Notes: a model not told the origin generated them from the letters alone. Shown: positions 38,470 to 47,317, counted from the first letter of the stretch. The stretch is DNA of 64,000 nucleotides from Candidatus Woesearchaeota archaeon (GCA_018302705.1 JAGVZI010000020.1:1081-65080), one strand, 5' to 3'. Numbers and translations are program-made.

Positions 38470-38528
38470 AATTAAATAGAAAATTAAGTTTAGTAAAGCT
38501 TATATAAGTTATCTATCACCTCCAAATC

Positions 38529-38963
38529 ATGCCAATTGTAGGATTCCACTTGGAAAAAACACTTGCAGAAAGAACCAAGAAGCTGCAAAAAGGAATGAAA
38601 GCAACCCACAATATCACAATTACATCTATTCAAAATGAAGACATTGAGATGGGGAAATCCACAAAGAAACCAGGTTTAAAATTTAGCTTCGAATACGAAG
38701 TAGATTATCAGCCTAATATAGGCAAAGTATCTATAGAAGGAAGTGTTCTTTATCTTGACGATGAGAAAACAGTAAAAGCCATTCTGGATAACTGGAAAAA
38801 GAACAAAAATGTAAATCAGGAAGTTACTGCTCAAGTCCTAAATACAGCAATTGTCCGTTGCACAATAAAGGCATTAAATATGGCGCAAGAAGTTAATCTC
38901 CCGCCGCACATGCCAATTCCAACAGTAACCCCTAGGGGTAGAGAACAAGATTATATAGGGTAA
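38529..38963 (+). CDS. Hypothetical protein
   Basis: 144 aa, no recognisable motif. Confidence 0.35.
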   Translation: MPIVGFHLEKTLAERTKKLQKGMKATHNITITSIQNEDIEMGKSTKKPGLKFSFEYEVDYQPNIGKVSIEGSVLYLDDEKTVKAILDNWKKNKNVNQEVTAQVLNTAIVRCTIKALNMAQEVNLPPHMPIPTVTPRGREQDYIG

Positions 38964-39144
38964 AGAGACCTCTTTAAAGGTCCCTACTAGAAACAGTTTT
39001 TCTGTTATTTGCCTTTGCTCTTTCAGCAGCTTTCTTTATCAAGCCAACAACATCACGGCTTAAAGCTTCTGCAAAATCACCAGAGACATTGCATCCCTGA
39101 GCGTGCTCTTTTATTCTAGACCTTACAACAATCGTATCAGCCAT
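38873..39144 (-). CDS. Small DUF1931-like (histone-fold-like) protein, possibly frameshifted at an A4 run
   Basis: GGAGTG SD-like site lies 6 nt upstream of the ATG. The first 49 aa (MADTIVVRSRIKEHAQGCNVSGDFAEALSRDVVGLIKKAAERAKANNRK) resemble ~56-aa archaeal DUF1931 proteins. With one extra A, the frame would end ...TVSSRDL*. As given, the frame continues into antisense sequence of the neighbouring gene. This ORF is not in the supplied track. Confidence 0.35.
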
Positions 39145-39254
39145 TTTTTCACACTCCTATTATTTTTTATATTTTATTAAACTAGAGTCAACTAGCCATA
39201 TTTATAAAATTTGTGGTTCCAAGCCCCACAAACCCAAAATTCTGCATTTGGCTA

Positions 39255-39345
39255 TTATTTTAAACAAACCAACAAACAATTCAACACAACTTCAACACTT
39301 AAACACATAAAAATATATAAAGTTCAACACATAACTTTAAAACTT
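39255..39345. promoter_or_regulatory. Reiterated TTCAACAC heptamer/octamer array flanking a TATA-like box
   Basis: Four perfect TTCAACAC copies (39270, 39281, 39313, 39334), plus a degenerate copy and AAATATATAAAG between them. Confidence 0.45.
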
Positions 39346-39372
39346 CAACACATCCGCTACTACTTGAAAAAA

Positions 39373-39942
39373 ATGAATCCAGATGAAATATTCAAGGAAA
39401 ACGTAATTAATTCTTTTAAAAAAGCCCGTAAAGACATGCTAGAGCTACAAAATTCACTGGTTTCACTAAAACAAGAGATTGACCAATTAAGAGCCAATTT
39501 AGAGCCTAAAAGTTCCACAGGAAATGAAGGGGTCTTCAACAAACAAACAAACCAACAAACAAACAAACAATTAAACAAACAAACAATTATTCAACAATCA
39601 AACACACTATCAAAGCTAAACGAGGACCTCGAAGCCCATTTTAATACCCTCACAAAGCAGGAGTTCCTGGTTTTCCTCTCACTTTACCAGTTAGAAGAAG
39701 AGTTAAGCACAGTTAAGTTCTCAGATCTAGCCAACCATTTAAACCTCTCAGAAAGCTCTATCCGTGGCTATATCAACCGTTTAATCCAAAAAGGCTCTCC
39801 AATTCTCAGAAAAAGAGTCAATAACAAGGTAATTAACCTCTCACTTTCATCGGATTTTCGTAATTTAAACCTAAAAAAGCGCCTCACAGACATCTATTAT
39901 CAATCAGATGCCTCTCAGAAACGGCTTTTTGATAGGTATTAA
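39373..39942 (+). CDS. Coiled-coil + C-terminal winged-helix protein (island paralog A)
   Basis: Start at MNPDEIFKEN. A coiled coil, then the NKQTNQQTNKQLNKQT low-complexity region, then wHTH (LTKQEFLVFLSLYQLEEE...SIRGYINRLIQKGSPILRK). Paralogous to 40209..40814. Confidence 0.55.
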   Translation: MNPDEIFKENVINSFKKARKDMLELQNSLVSLKQEIDQLRANLEPKSSTGNEGVFNKQTNQQTNKQLNKQTIIQQSNTLSKLNEDLEAHFNTLTKQEFLVFLSLYQLEEELSTVKFSDLANHLNLSESSIRGYINRLIQKGSPILRKRVNNKVINLSLSSDFRNLNLKKRLTDIYYQSDASQKRLFDRY

Positions 39943-40208
39943 TCCTTTATAGCTACGTCCACTATCCCCCCTCACTCATATTCTCTTTATTTTTCTCTCC
40001 CCCTCTCATTAATCAGTTTTTTAGATAATCCGATTTTGAAATATTTTGGAAGTATTTTGAAATATATTGGAGCATGCAATTACTCTTTTTTCCGAAAAGG
40101 GTCATCCGTCTTCGTCCGTAGTGTCCGTAGGAACATCCTACAACATCCTACGACACTTTAAAGTATGAAGAAAAATTTATAAATAAAAGGGTATTTCACA
40201 GATACAAG

Positions 40209-40814
40209 ATGCTTAAATGGTTGTTTAAAAAACATTTTAAGGAAGAGTTAAATTCTCATTTTGACAAATTGCATTTAAACTTATCTAGGGCATTTCTGAA
40301 CATCAAGGATGATATAAATAGCATCCACAAGCATCTGAATGAAAAGAGTTCAAAACTATATGAGGTCGAAAAAAGATTAATCGCTCTAGAACACAGGTTG
40401 GAGTATTCTTCAGAACAGGGGTTGGGGAAAGGAAGGATTGCACAAATAGCGCAAAGAGGAGAGATTGAACTGGAGGATGAAAGTCAAGGTGAGATCTCAT
40501 TAATTGAGCATTCTGGTTTGACAGAAACCCAAAAAATAATTCTAGTGGCAATTTACGAGCTTGAAAAGCAGCACAACAGCCCGATATCTTTTAAGTCTCT
40601 TGCAACCTTTCTTTATCCAGGGAAAAATTATAGCTCAATAAGGACAACCATCTCAGATTACCTAGACATCCTGGCAACCTACGGTTTTGTTAAAAAAGAG
40701 AAGGTGAAAAGGGAAACCATTACAATCACCACAAAAAAGGGCAAAGAATTAGCTAAAGAAGTATTAAAACAGAAAAAACAAAGGGAAAGAAGAAAAGTAA
40801 CAGAAGAGATTTAA
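40209..40814 (+). CDS. Coiled-coil + C-terminal winged-helix protein (island paralog B)
   Basis: LIALEHRLEY coiled coil, then wHTH (TETQKIILVAIYELEKQHNSPISFKSLATFL...DYLDILATYGFVKKEK) and a basic tail. Confidence 0.55.
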   Translation: MLKWLFKKHFKEELNSHFDKLHLNLSRAFLNIKDDINSIHKHLNEKSSKLYEVEKRLIALEHRLEYSSEQGLGKGRIAQIAQRGEIELEDESQGEISLIEHSGLTETQKIILVAIYELEKQHNSPISFKSLATFLYPGKNYSSIRTTISDYLDILATYGFVKKEKVKRETITITTKKGKELAKEVLKQKKQRERRKVTEEI

Positions 40815-40959
40815 ATTAATTATCAAAGATTAATAAAATCTATTAAATGTTTTAATCAAAGACTAAAACATTTTATCTTAAAACCTCCTCTCAAAAACTA
40901 AAATATTTAAGAATTTAGCCACAACAAGCTATATAAACCCGCTTTACCCAAAAAGAGCT

Positions 40960-41169
40960 ATGAAAACAGAAAAAAGTATCAAAAAGGTTGGATCAATATG
41001 GGGATTAATAACATTAGTCCTCGCTAAATTAGTAGCCCCGATGCCTACAACAAACAGATGGCTATATAAAATGGGTGAATCTACTAGCAACCTGAGAAAT
41101 TATGGGTTCTCGAACTTAGATTTGAACAGATTAGATAGGTCATTATTGTACTCTTTAACAAGTTATTAA
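40960..41169 (+). CDS. Small hypothetical protein
   Basis: 69-aa ORF preceded 22 nt upstream by a TATA/BRE-like motif shared with the integrase gene. Confidence 0.3.
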   Translation: MKTEKSIKKVGSIWGLITLVLAKLVAPMPTTNRWLYKMGESTSNLRNYGFSNLDLNRLDRSLLYSLTSY

Positions 41170-41369
41170 AAACCTGGTTTTTAGCAAGTTTATCCATAAT
41201 ATCCATGATTAGCGGTTTTTAGATTAAATTAAAAATTTTAACAGCAGAATATTACGAGCAAAACTTAAAATTTTTTAGAAAATCATTCTTATTCTAGCAC
41301 AAATACCCATCCAATTTGAAATAAGTTTCAGCCAAAAAGTTTAAAAATAGTAAAAGTAAAGAAAAAAGG

Positions 41370-41735
41370 ATGAAACATTCAATTGAAGATATAGGAACCC
41401 TAGTTGAAATGGGTATAAACAAGCAACAAGCCTTAGCTACTCTGGCTTTATTTCCAGATTTAGATGATGCCATGCTTGTAATTAACGCATATAGGCATCC
41501 GCCAGAAGGATTTAAAAGATATGTTGGAGATTATTCTAATTATTTAGCTACATTAAGGGATGCTTCTAGGGGGGTTACAGGAGACAGAACCGCTCACGAT
41601 CAAGAAGTAGCAGAAAGAACAGCTATGGTCCCAGAAGAGGTATTAACTAGATCCGCCTATAGGAAGGATAAGCCATCTAGCTCAAGCCATTATTGGGAAC
41701 ACGAAACTACAAGGCAACTTGATTTAGGTTCTTAA
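41370..41735 (+). CDS. Hypothetical protein
   Basis: 121-aa ORF within the island. Confidence 0.35.
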   Translation: MKHSIEDIGTLVEMGINKQQALATLALFPDLDDAMLVINAYRHPPEGFKRYVGDYSNYLATLRDASRGVTGDRTAHDQEVAERTAMVPEEVLTRSAYRKDKPSSSSHYWEHETTRQLDLGS

Positions 41736-41935
41736 AAGTTTCTATCTTTTCTTATTTATTTTGTTTTAACTAAAATTACCCTAAAAATGTAACACTCTTC
41801 CTAATCTATTGAATAAAAGGTTACAAAACATGCCAAAAACATAATATATCTACCAACTATAACCTAAATTTAGAATTTTGCCACTACAAGCCTTATACAC
41901 AAACTATATAAACTAATTCGTCTAATGCTAATTAG

Positions 41936-42784
41936 ATGAAAAATGAAGAGGTGTTGGAAAAAGTTGAAAGAGAGTTGAAATTATTAGGTCATAGTCCAAG
42001 AACTATAAATTCCTACTTAACTTATCTAAATGAATTATTCAAATTTACTGGGAAAATACACTCAAGAATCCTGTTCGAAGATATTAAGAAATTCTTAGAG
42101 CATTTAAGCATCGAAAAAAACTACTCTGGATCTAGTTTAAACCTTGCAAGGTCTGCAATCTCTTTCTATTATGAAAAAATGTTGGAAAAATACACAGTTA
42201 GCAAGATAAGAGTTAAGAAAGTGGGCAAAAAACTCCCAAATGTGCTAACAAAACAAGAAGTAAAAAGAATAATCGATGCAGCTTCCAATTTAAGGGATAA
42301 ATTAATCATTCAAATGATGTATTCTTGCGGCCTAAGAGTTTCTGAAGCTGTAAACATAAAGTTAGAAGATTTAGATACCTCTAGACTAACAGGAATAGTA
42401 AGGTCTGGGAAAGGAAATAAAGATAGGGTAATACAATTAAATCCTCCTTTAGTAAACAGTATAGAATCTTATGTTAAAACTAAAAAATTACCTTCTATGT
42501 TCTTGTTTTCTAAATCAAATGGAACCCCCTATACTATTAGGACCTTTCAGATAATAATAAAAAAATTAGCGGAAAAGGCGGGAATAACAAAAAGAGTTCA
42601 TTCTCACATATTTAGACACGCATTTGGTACCCATTTAGTTGAAAAGGGGATAGATATAGTAAGAGTTCAAGGGATGATGGGGCACTCAAATTTAGAAACT
42701 ACAAAATTATACATAAACTTATCAAAAGAACAGTTTAAAGGCGTTGGAAACCTTTTAGATGATTTGGATAAAGATGAAAACTGA
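41936..42784 (+). CDS. Tyrosine recombinase / integrase (XerC/D-like)
   Basis: N-terminal SAM-like core-binding domain. Catalytic box RVHSHIFRHAFGTHLVEKGIDIVRVQGMMGHSNLETTKLYINL, which includes RHxF...H and the catalytic Tyr. Confidence 0.85.
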   Translation: MKNEEVLEKVERELKLLGHSPRTINSYLTYLNELFKFTGKIHSRILFEDIKKFLEHLSIEKNYSGSSLNLARSAISFYYEKMLEKYTVSKIRVKKVGKKLPNVLTKQEVKRIIDAASNLRDKLIIQMMYSCGLRVSEAVNIKLEDLDTSRLTGIVRSGKGNKDRVIQLNPPLVNSIESYVKTKKLPSMFLFSKSNGTPYTIRTFQIIIKKLAEKAGITKRVHSHIFRHAFGTHLVEKGIDIVRVQGMMGHSNLETTKLYINLSKEQFKGVGNLLDDLDKDEN

Positions 42785-43289
42785 AAATATTATTTGTGCA
42801 TATGAATATGAAATTATAGATTGGATTAAAGAAAATTATAAGTTAATAGGTTATGATAAGCTATTAGAAGAAAATAAAAATAAAATCCCAGATTTAGTTA
42901 TGTTAAAAAATGGTAAAAAGGCAAACGTAGAAGTTGAAATTTACTCTAGTTCATTTGTTAAACATAAACATAATCCTAGTAAAATAGATGAAGTTCTTTG
43001 CTTAATCAATGATTCTAAACTGTCTATAAAAACGATTAAAATCAAACAACTTAAATTATGGTATCATTTACAAGGAAATGAGCTAGTTGACTTTTTTAAA
43101 GCCCTGCCAGATACCAATTTAATAGACCACAGATGCAATCAAACAATTTATCATCACCAAAAGGAATGGCTCAATCTTTCCGAAAAAGAGGAAAGAAGAA
43201 TTAGAGAAAATTTGGAAGCACAATCAAGATTTCTAAATACTGGAGATCCAAAGGAATTGAAAGAAAAAGCGGGTGATGTTTTTGACTAA
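42759..43289 (+). CDS. Hypothetical protein, possible PD-(D/E)xK nuclease fold
   Basis: IPDLVMLKNGKKANVEVEIYSS resembles a D...(E/D)xK-type core. Weak evidence. Confidence 0.3.
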   Translation: MIWIKMKTENIICAYEYEIIDWIKENYKLIGYDKLLEENKNKIPDLVMLKNGKKANVEVEIYSSSFVKHKHNPSKIDEVLCLINDSKLSIKTIKIKQLKLWYHLQGNELVDFFKALPDTNLIDHRCNQTIYHHQKEWLNLSEKEERRIRENLEAQSRFLNTGDPKELKEKAGDVFD

Positions 43290-43734
43290 AGCAATGAATA
43301 TTTCATCAGAAACTAGTAGGTGTAAAAGATGCAATAAGATAAAGAAATTCCATGCAAAAGGGTTGTGTAATGTTTGTTATAAGAATTATGGAACAAGATT
43401 AATCATCTGTAAACAATGTAAAGAAAAAAAGAATCATATGGCAAAGGGCTATTGTGGAAATTGTTATAGGAAACGATTCTATTATGATAACACTAAAGCA
43501 AGCAACTTAAGGAGGTATTATGGAGATCTTTCTTTAGAACGATGGAAGGAGATCACTAAAGAATGTGTTTCTTGTAGTTTTAACAAAATTGTTGATGTAC
43601 ATCATATTGATGAAAATAATAAAAATAATTCTAAGAGTAATTTAATTGGTTTATGTCCAAATTGTCATAAATTAATCCATATGGGCCAATATAGGCAGGA
43701 GATAATTAGCAATCTAATACGCCAAAGGATATAA
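43273..43734 (+). CDS. HNH endonuclease with N-terminal Zn-ribbon repeats
   Basis: Three CxxC...CxxC knuckles, then VDVHHIDENNKNN...LCPNCHKLIH (the HNH motif). Confidence 0.8.
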   Translation: MMFLTKAMNISSETSRCKRCNKIKKFHAKGLCNVCYKNYGTRLIICKQCKEKKNHMAKGYCGNCYRKRFYYDNTKASNLRRYYGDLSLERWKEITKECVSCSFNKIVDVHHIDENNKNNSKSNLIGLCPNCHKLIHMGQYRQEIISNLIRQRI

Positions 43735-43791
43735 CTTTCAAACTCCGGGACAAAAAACATTGAAAGCTATGGGCACTAACAGACAAAATAA

Positions 43792-43929
43792 CGCCGAACA
43801 TTGATTATAGACGCTTATGATTTAAGAGTTATCCAAGAATTGTTAGCTCATGAAAATTTAGAAACTACACAAATTTACACAAAAGTTTCAACAAAAACAT
43901 TGAAAGGGGTAAAAAGCCCAAGAGATTAA
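43792..43929 (+). pseudogene. Integrase C-terminal fragment (45 aa, no start codon)
   Basis: [45 protein letters not shown] is homologous to the C-terminus of the integrase at 41936..42784 (NLETTKLYINLSKEQFKGV). A stop lies immediately upstream. Confidence 0.6.
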
Positions 43930-43940
43930 AAATGAAAGAA

Positions 43941-44117
43941 TTATCTATTTCTCCAATTTACATCATGCTTAGTATAAATGTTTGGAACATTTCTTCTTAA
44001 CCATATCATAAATGCTATTATCCCTATAATTAAAAATACAACCAATGCAAATAGAATCCACATTCTAAACTCGGTGATATTATTTCCAAAAAGACTATCA
44101 CTAAAAAACGCTCTCAT
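43941..44117 (-). CDS. Small single-TM protein
   Basis: MRAFFSDSLFGNNITEFRMWILFALVVFLIIGIIAFMIWLRRNVPNIYTKHDVNWRNR. More protein-like than the overlapping plus ORF 43978..44193. Confidence 0.3.
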   Translation of the reverse strand: MRAFFSDSLFGNNITEFRMWILFALVVFLIIGIIAFMIWLRRNVPNIYTKHDVNWRNR

Positions 44118-44324
44118 TAAAATTACTCCAATTAAGATACTTCCACCAGCAGAGATTATAGGATGCCTTCTACAAAACCAATTTAATTTTTGAAAAGTAG
44201 ATGGTTTCCTGAAATGGGTTTTATTATGGAATTTTCTTCTATGTCTTCCATGCCCTCTAACCCTACTAAATCATATGTTTCCAAAGCTTAAAAATTAACT
44301 ATACCTCGTTAATGTTACAATACA

Positions 44325-44400
44325 GGGGCATTAGCATAGCTTTATAAATAATTTTGGAAGATTAAATCCTTAGCATAGTTTACTTAGCATAGTTTAAGTA
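44325..44400. promoter_or_regulatory. Three direct repeats TTAGCATAGYTT upstream of the Zn-ribbon gene
   Basis: ATTAGCATAGCTTT (44330), TTAGCATAGTTTAC (44370), TTAGCATAGTTTAAG (44384). ATG at 44409. Confidence 0.4.
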
Positions 44401-44408
44401 GGTATAAA

Positions 44409-44744
44409 ATGAAAGAATTTAATCCAGATGATTACGAAAACACTGGCAGAAGAAATTCTGGAAGAGCGGGTAGAAGAAAGCCAAGCAGAAGAAATTCTGA
44501 TCGAAAGGATTTCAGGCCTAGGTTCTCAGAAGATCGGTCAATGCATAAAGCAACATGTGATTCATGCGGCGAAAGCTGTGAAGTTCCTTTCAAACCAACC
44601 AAAGGCAAGCCAATTTACTGTGATGCATGTTTTAAAAAGAATAAGAATTCCGGGCCCGAGAACAGGACTAATCAATCTTCAAGGGAGTTAGCTCAAATAA
44701 ATGAAAAACTCGACAGGATATTAGAGGCATTAAAGGTAAATTAA
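44409..44744 (+). CDS. Arg/Ser-rich basic protein with C4 zinc ribbon
   Basis: N-terminal GRRNSGRAGRRKPSRRNSDRK. CDSCGESCEV...CDACF zinc ribbon. C-terminal helix. Confidence 0.45.
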   Translation: MKEFNPDDYENTGRRNSGRAGRRKPSRRNSDRKDFRPRFSEDRSMHKATCDSCGESCEVPFKPTKGKPIYCDACFKKNKNSGPENRTNQSSRELAQINEKLDRILEALKVN

Positions 44745-44791
44745 ATTTTGTATAAAAACCCTTAAAAACCGTTTATTCTTAAATATTTCAG

Positions 44792-45457
44792 GTGATAAGG
44801 AGTCCAAAAACGAAACCGATCAAATTATCTTCAAGCAGTATAAACCTATTCTTAGAATGTCCAAGATGCTTCTATCTGCAAATTGTTAAAGGAATTAAAC
44901 GACCTCAAGGACCTTTCCCCTCTTTGCCTTCAGGAATGGATAAAATATTGAAAGAGCATTTTGACAGGTTTATGGAAAAAGATGAATTGCCTCCAGAGAT
45001 AAAAGGAAAATGCGAAGGCTGCAAATTATTTTTTGATAAAAAACTGCTTGAAATCTGGAGAAATAACAGGAAAGGAATTGAATATACTGATCCTAAAACA
45101 GGAATCTTATTGCATGGAGCTATTGACAATCTTTTAGTTAAAGATGGAAAATTAATTGTCCTAGATTATAAAACAAGGGGCTTTCCAGTTAAAGAAGATA
45201 CTCATGAGGATTATCAATCTCAAATGGATCTTTATAACTTTTTGTTAAATAAAAATGGATATGAAACAGAAAATTATACTTATTTATTATTTTATTATCC
45301 TAAAGAAGTCTTAGAAACTGGAGAAGTTATTTTTGATACAGAACTTGTTAAAATGAAGATCAATGTAAAAGATGGAGAAAAAGCTTTTAATGATGCTGTT
45401 GCTTTGATTAAAGGAGAAGAGCCAGAAGAAAAGTGTGAGTGGTGTGAGGGGAAGTGA
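44792..45457 (+). CDS. Cas4-like / RecB-family PD-(D/E)xK nuclease with 4-Cys cluster (standalone)
   Basis: N-terminal CPRCFY and C-terminal CEWCEG cysteine pairs, in the Cas4/DUF83 1+3 / 2+2 Fe-S arrangement. GAIDNL...VLDYK (D..DxK) core, QxxxY (YQSQMDLY) motif. Confidence 0.6.
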   Translation: MIRSPKTKPIKLSSSSINLFLECPRCFYLQIVKGIKRPQGPFPSLPSGMDKILKEHFDRFMEKDELPPEIKGKCEGCKLFFDKKLLEIWRNNRKGIEYTDPKTGILLHGAIDNLLVKDGKLIVLDYKTRGFPVKEDTHEDYQSQMDLYNFLLNKNGYETENYTYLLFYYPKEVLETGEVIFDTELVKMKINVKDGEKAFNDAVALIKGEEPEEKCEWCEGK

Positions 45458-45532
45458 GATAGACATCAAAACAAATCTTCATGAACTAAAAGAAAAAAAA
45501 TAAGAAAATTCTGCTCACAAACTTATTATAAG

Positions 45533-45844
45533 TTAAAAAATTTTCGTTTTCTCAATCTCTTCTTCGGGATTAAGAGGTTTATAGTCATTAAAATGTTTAA
45601 TGCAAAATTCAATTAATTTATTTGCTAATATCAAGTTTTTATCCACTTCATCCCTTCTTGTTTTACTATCAGCCTTAAACAAATAAATATCTAATAATTC
45701 ATGGTCGTCTGTATAAATCTCCCAATTATTTCTATTCAGAAGAGCTAAAGTTTGTCCATCAGAATTAACATAATCAATATAGTGAGTTTTGTTTTTATGT
45801 TTAACTTCAAATGTTTTTTGAATCGTTGTTTGTTCAATTTTCAT
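45533..45844 (-). CDS. Hypothetical protein
   Basis: 103-aa ORF on the opposite strand within the island. Confidence 0.35.
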   Translation of the reverse strand: MKIEQTTIQKTFEVKHKNKTHYIDYVNSDGQTLALLNRNNWEIYTDDHELLDIYLFKADSKTRRDEVDKNLILANKLIEFCIKHFNDYKPLNPEEEIEKTKIF

Positions 45845-45874
45845 AAAATAAATAAACCAAGGGGATATTTAAAG

Positions 45875-46759
45875 ATGATCATAAAAACACTTAAAAACAA
45901 GCATCTTTATTCAATTATCAAGATGGAATACAAGCCCTACTGTAAGAAAATTGATAGATCAATGATGGATTGGGGGTTCACAATCCCTAAAAATTATGTA
46001 AAAGATTTTGAAGCCGAAATCAGCCTAGATCCTGGAAAATCACGTAGAATCGAGATCCTTTGGGAGAAGAAGAGGTATCCTGCAAAGTTATGTAATGTTA
46101 AAAGGAAGGATTATCCAAAGGTCTATCAATTGAGATGGGATAATAGTCAAGGATTCCTCAATAAATTAAGAAAGACATTTATACAAAGCTATATTGTCTT
46201 CAAAAGCCAAAAGGAATTATTTGATACTCAAAAAAGAGAAGGGCATTTCAGAACAAAAGAGCATCAAGAAGCAATTGTTTTTTCTCCTGTAAATTCTGAA
46301 TTAATACACGCAGAGACTTTCATTAGGGTTGAAAATGAATGGAACTCATTATTTAGGAGGTTAACAGAAGAGAACGTATTTGGATGGATTTTTGATAAAA
46401 ATAAAAAATATTTAATCTCTAGAAGTACAAACTGGATTAAAGCTAGTGAATTTAAGGAACATATTAATGCTACAAATGTAATTTATTATTTAGCAAATAC
46501 AAAAAAAGGATTGATATATGTTGGGAAAGCCGGGGTTTTAGGAAAGAGAGTTAAACCAAAGAAAAGCCACCAAGACATGCCCGACGATTGGGATCTTTTT
46601 AAATATGATATAATAAAACCAGAATATTGTAATCTTTTAGGGAGAATAGAAGATCACACAATTAGGACTCTTGCCGCAATACTAGAGAATGATAAAGGTT
46701 ATCCAACATTGAAGCTCCAAGGGTATAAATTAGTAAATAAAAATTGGAAAAAATTATAA
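45875..46759 (+). CDS. GIY-YIG nuclease with N-terminal putative DNA-recognition domain
   Basis: C-terminal VIYYLANTKKGLIYVGKAG...R...E(RIEDH)...N(VNKNW) matches GIY-(x9)-YVG, Arg, Glu, Asn of GIY-YIG. The start is set at the internal ATG after the GGGGAT SD-like site; track ORF 45752..46759 overlaps the minus-strand gene. Confidence 0.55.
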   Translation: MIIKTLKNKHLYSIIKMEYKPYCKKIDRSMMDWGFTIPKNYVKDFEAEISLDPGKSRRIEILWEKKRYPAKLCNVKRKDYPKVYQLRWDNSQGFLNKLRKTFIQSYIVFKSQKELFDTQKREGHFRTKEHQEAIVFSPVNSELIHAETFIRVENEWNSLFRRLTEENVFGWIFDKNKKYLISRSTNWIKASEFKEHINATNVIYYLANTKKGLIYVGKAGVLGKRVKPKKSHQDMPDDWDLFKYDIIKPEYCNLLGRIEDHTIRTLAAILENDKGYPTLKLQGYKLVNKNWKKL

Positions 46760-47023
46760 GTAATATATGATAATGAAAAGAAAAACAGAGATTAAGTCGG
46801 CAGATCAAAAAGATAATGGAAAATTTATTTCGTTCTGGGAAGAAATGAAGAAAAAAAGAAAAGAGCAAGGAAAATAGTTTTTTTAAAGTCAGAGCTGCTC
46901 AGAACCTCAACACTCTTCTGCGTTAATCTCTCTCCAGGCCTGTCAAACCAAGGCAAGTCTTTGATTTTCATTAAGAAAAGAAAAATAAATGAACGCTTTT
47001 TTAATATCATATCCTAAATATTT

Positions 47024-47230
47024 TTATTCCTTATTGAATCCAAGCATCCTCATTATTCTTCGTTCTAAGTTTTCCTCGGGGTTTTCTGGGGCATAAATTC
47101 TAATTCGCTCATGACCATCTACTTCCACCCCATGTACTTGCCTTTTTGTAGAGCCTCTCTCGCTGATTACAACGCCAATATGCCTTCCATCCGGCAAAGT
47201 ATACTCATAAGCATATTCCATGTCGCCCAA
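47024..47230 (-). CDS. Small hypothetical protein
   Basis: 68 aa, MGDMEYAYEYTLPDGRHIGVVISERGSTKRQVHGVEVDGHERIRIY. Confidence 0.3.
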   Translation of the reverse strand: MGDMEYAYEYTLPDGRHIGVVISERGSTKRQVHGVEVDGHERIRIYAPENPEENLERRIMRMLGFNKE

Positions 47231-47317
47231 CCACAGGCTTCTTATATATAAAACTATCTTGGATTATTATCTTAGTTTGTCAAAAATTTTTTAAATCTGT
47301 ATGTTTATAATCATGGC

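Noticed and set aside
39538-39588. (CAAA)n-like tract considered as a CRISPR or microsatellite array
   Set aside because: The tract is imperfect, short, and lies inside a coding frame (NKQTNQQTNKQ...). It has no repeat-spacer structure and is kept only as a note within a finding.
43978-44193. Plus ORF 43978..44193
   Set aside because: The opposite strand (43941..44117) gives a more plausible small TM protein. The plus-strand product is I/N-rich with no features.
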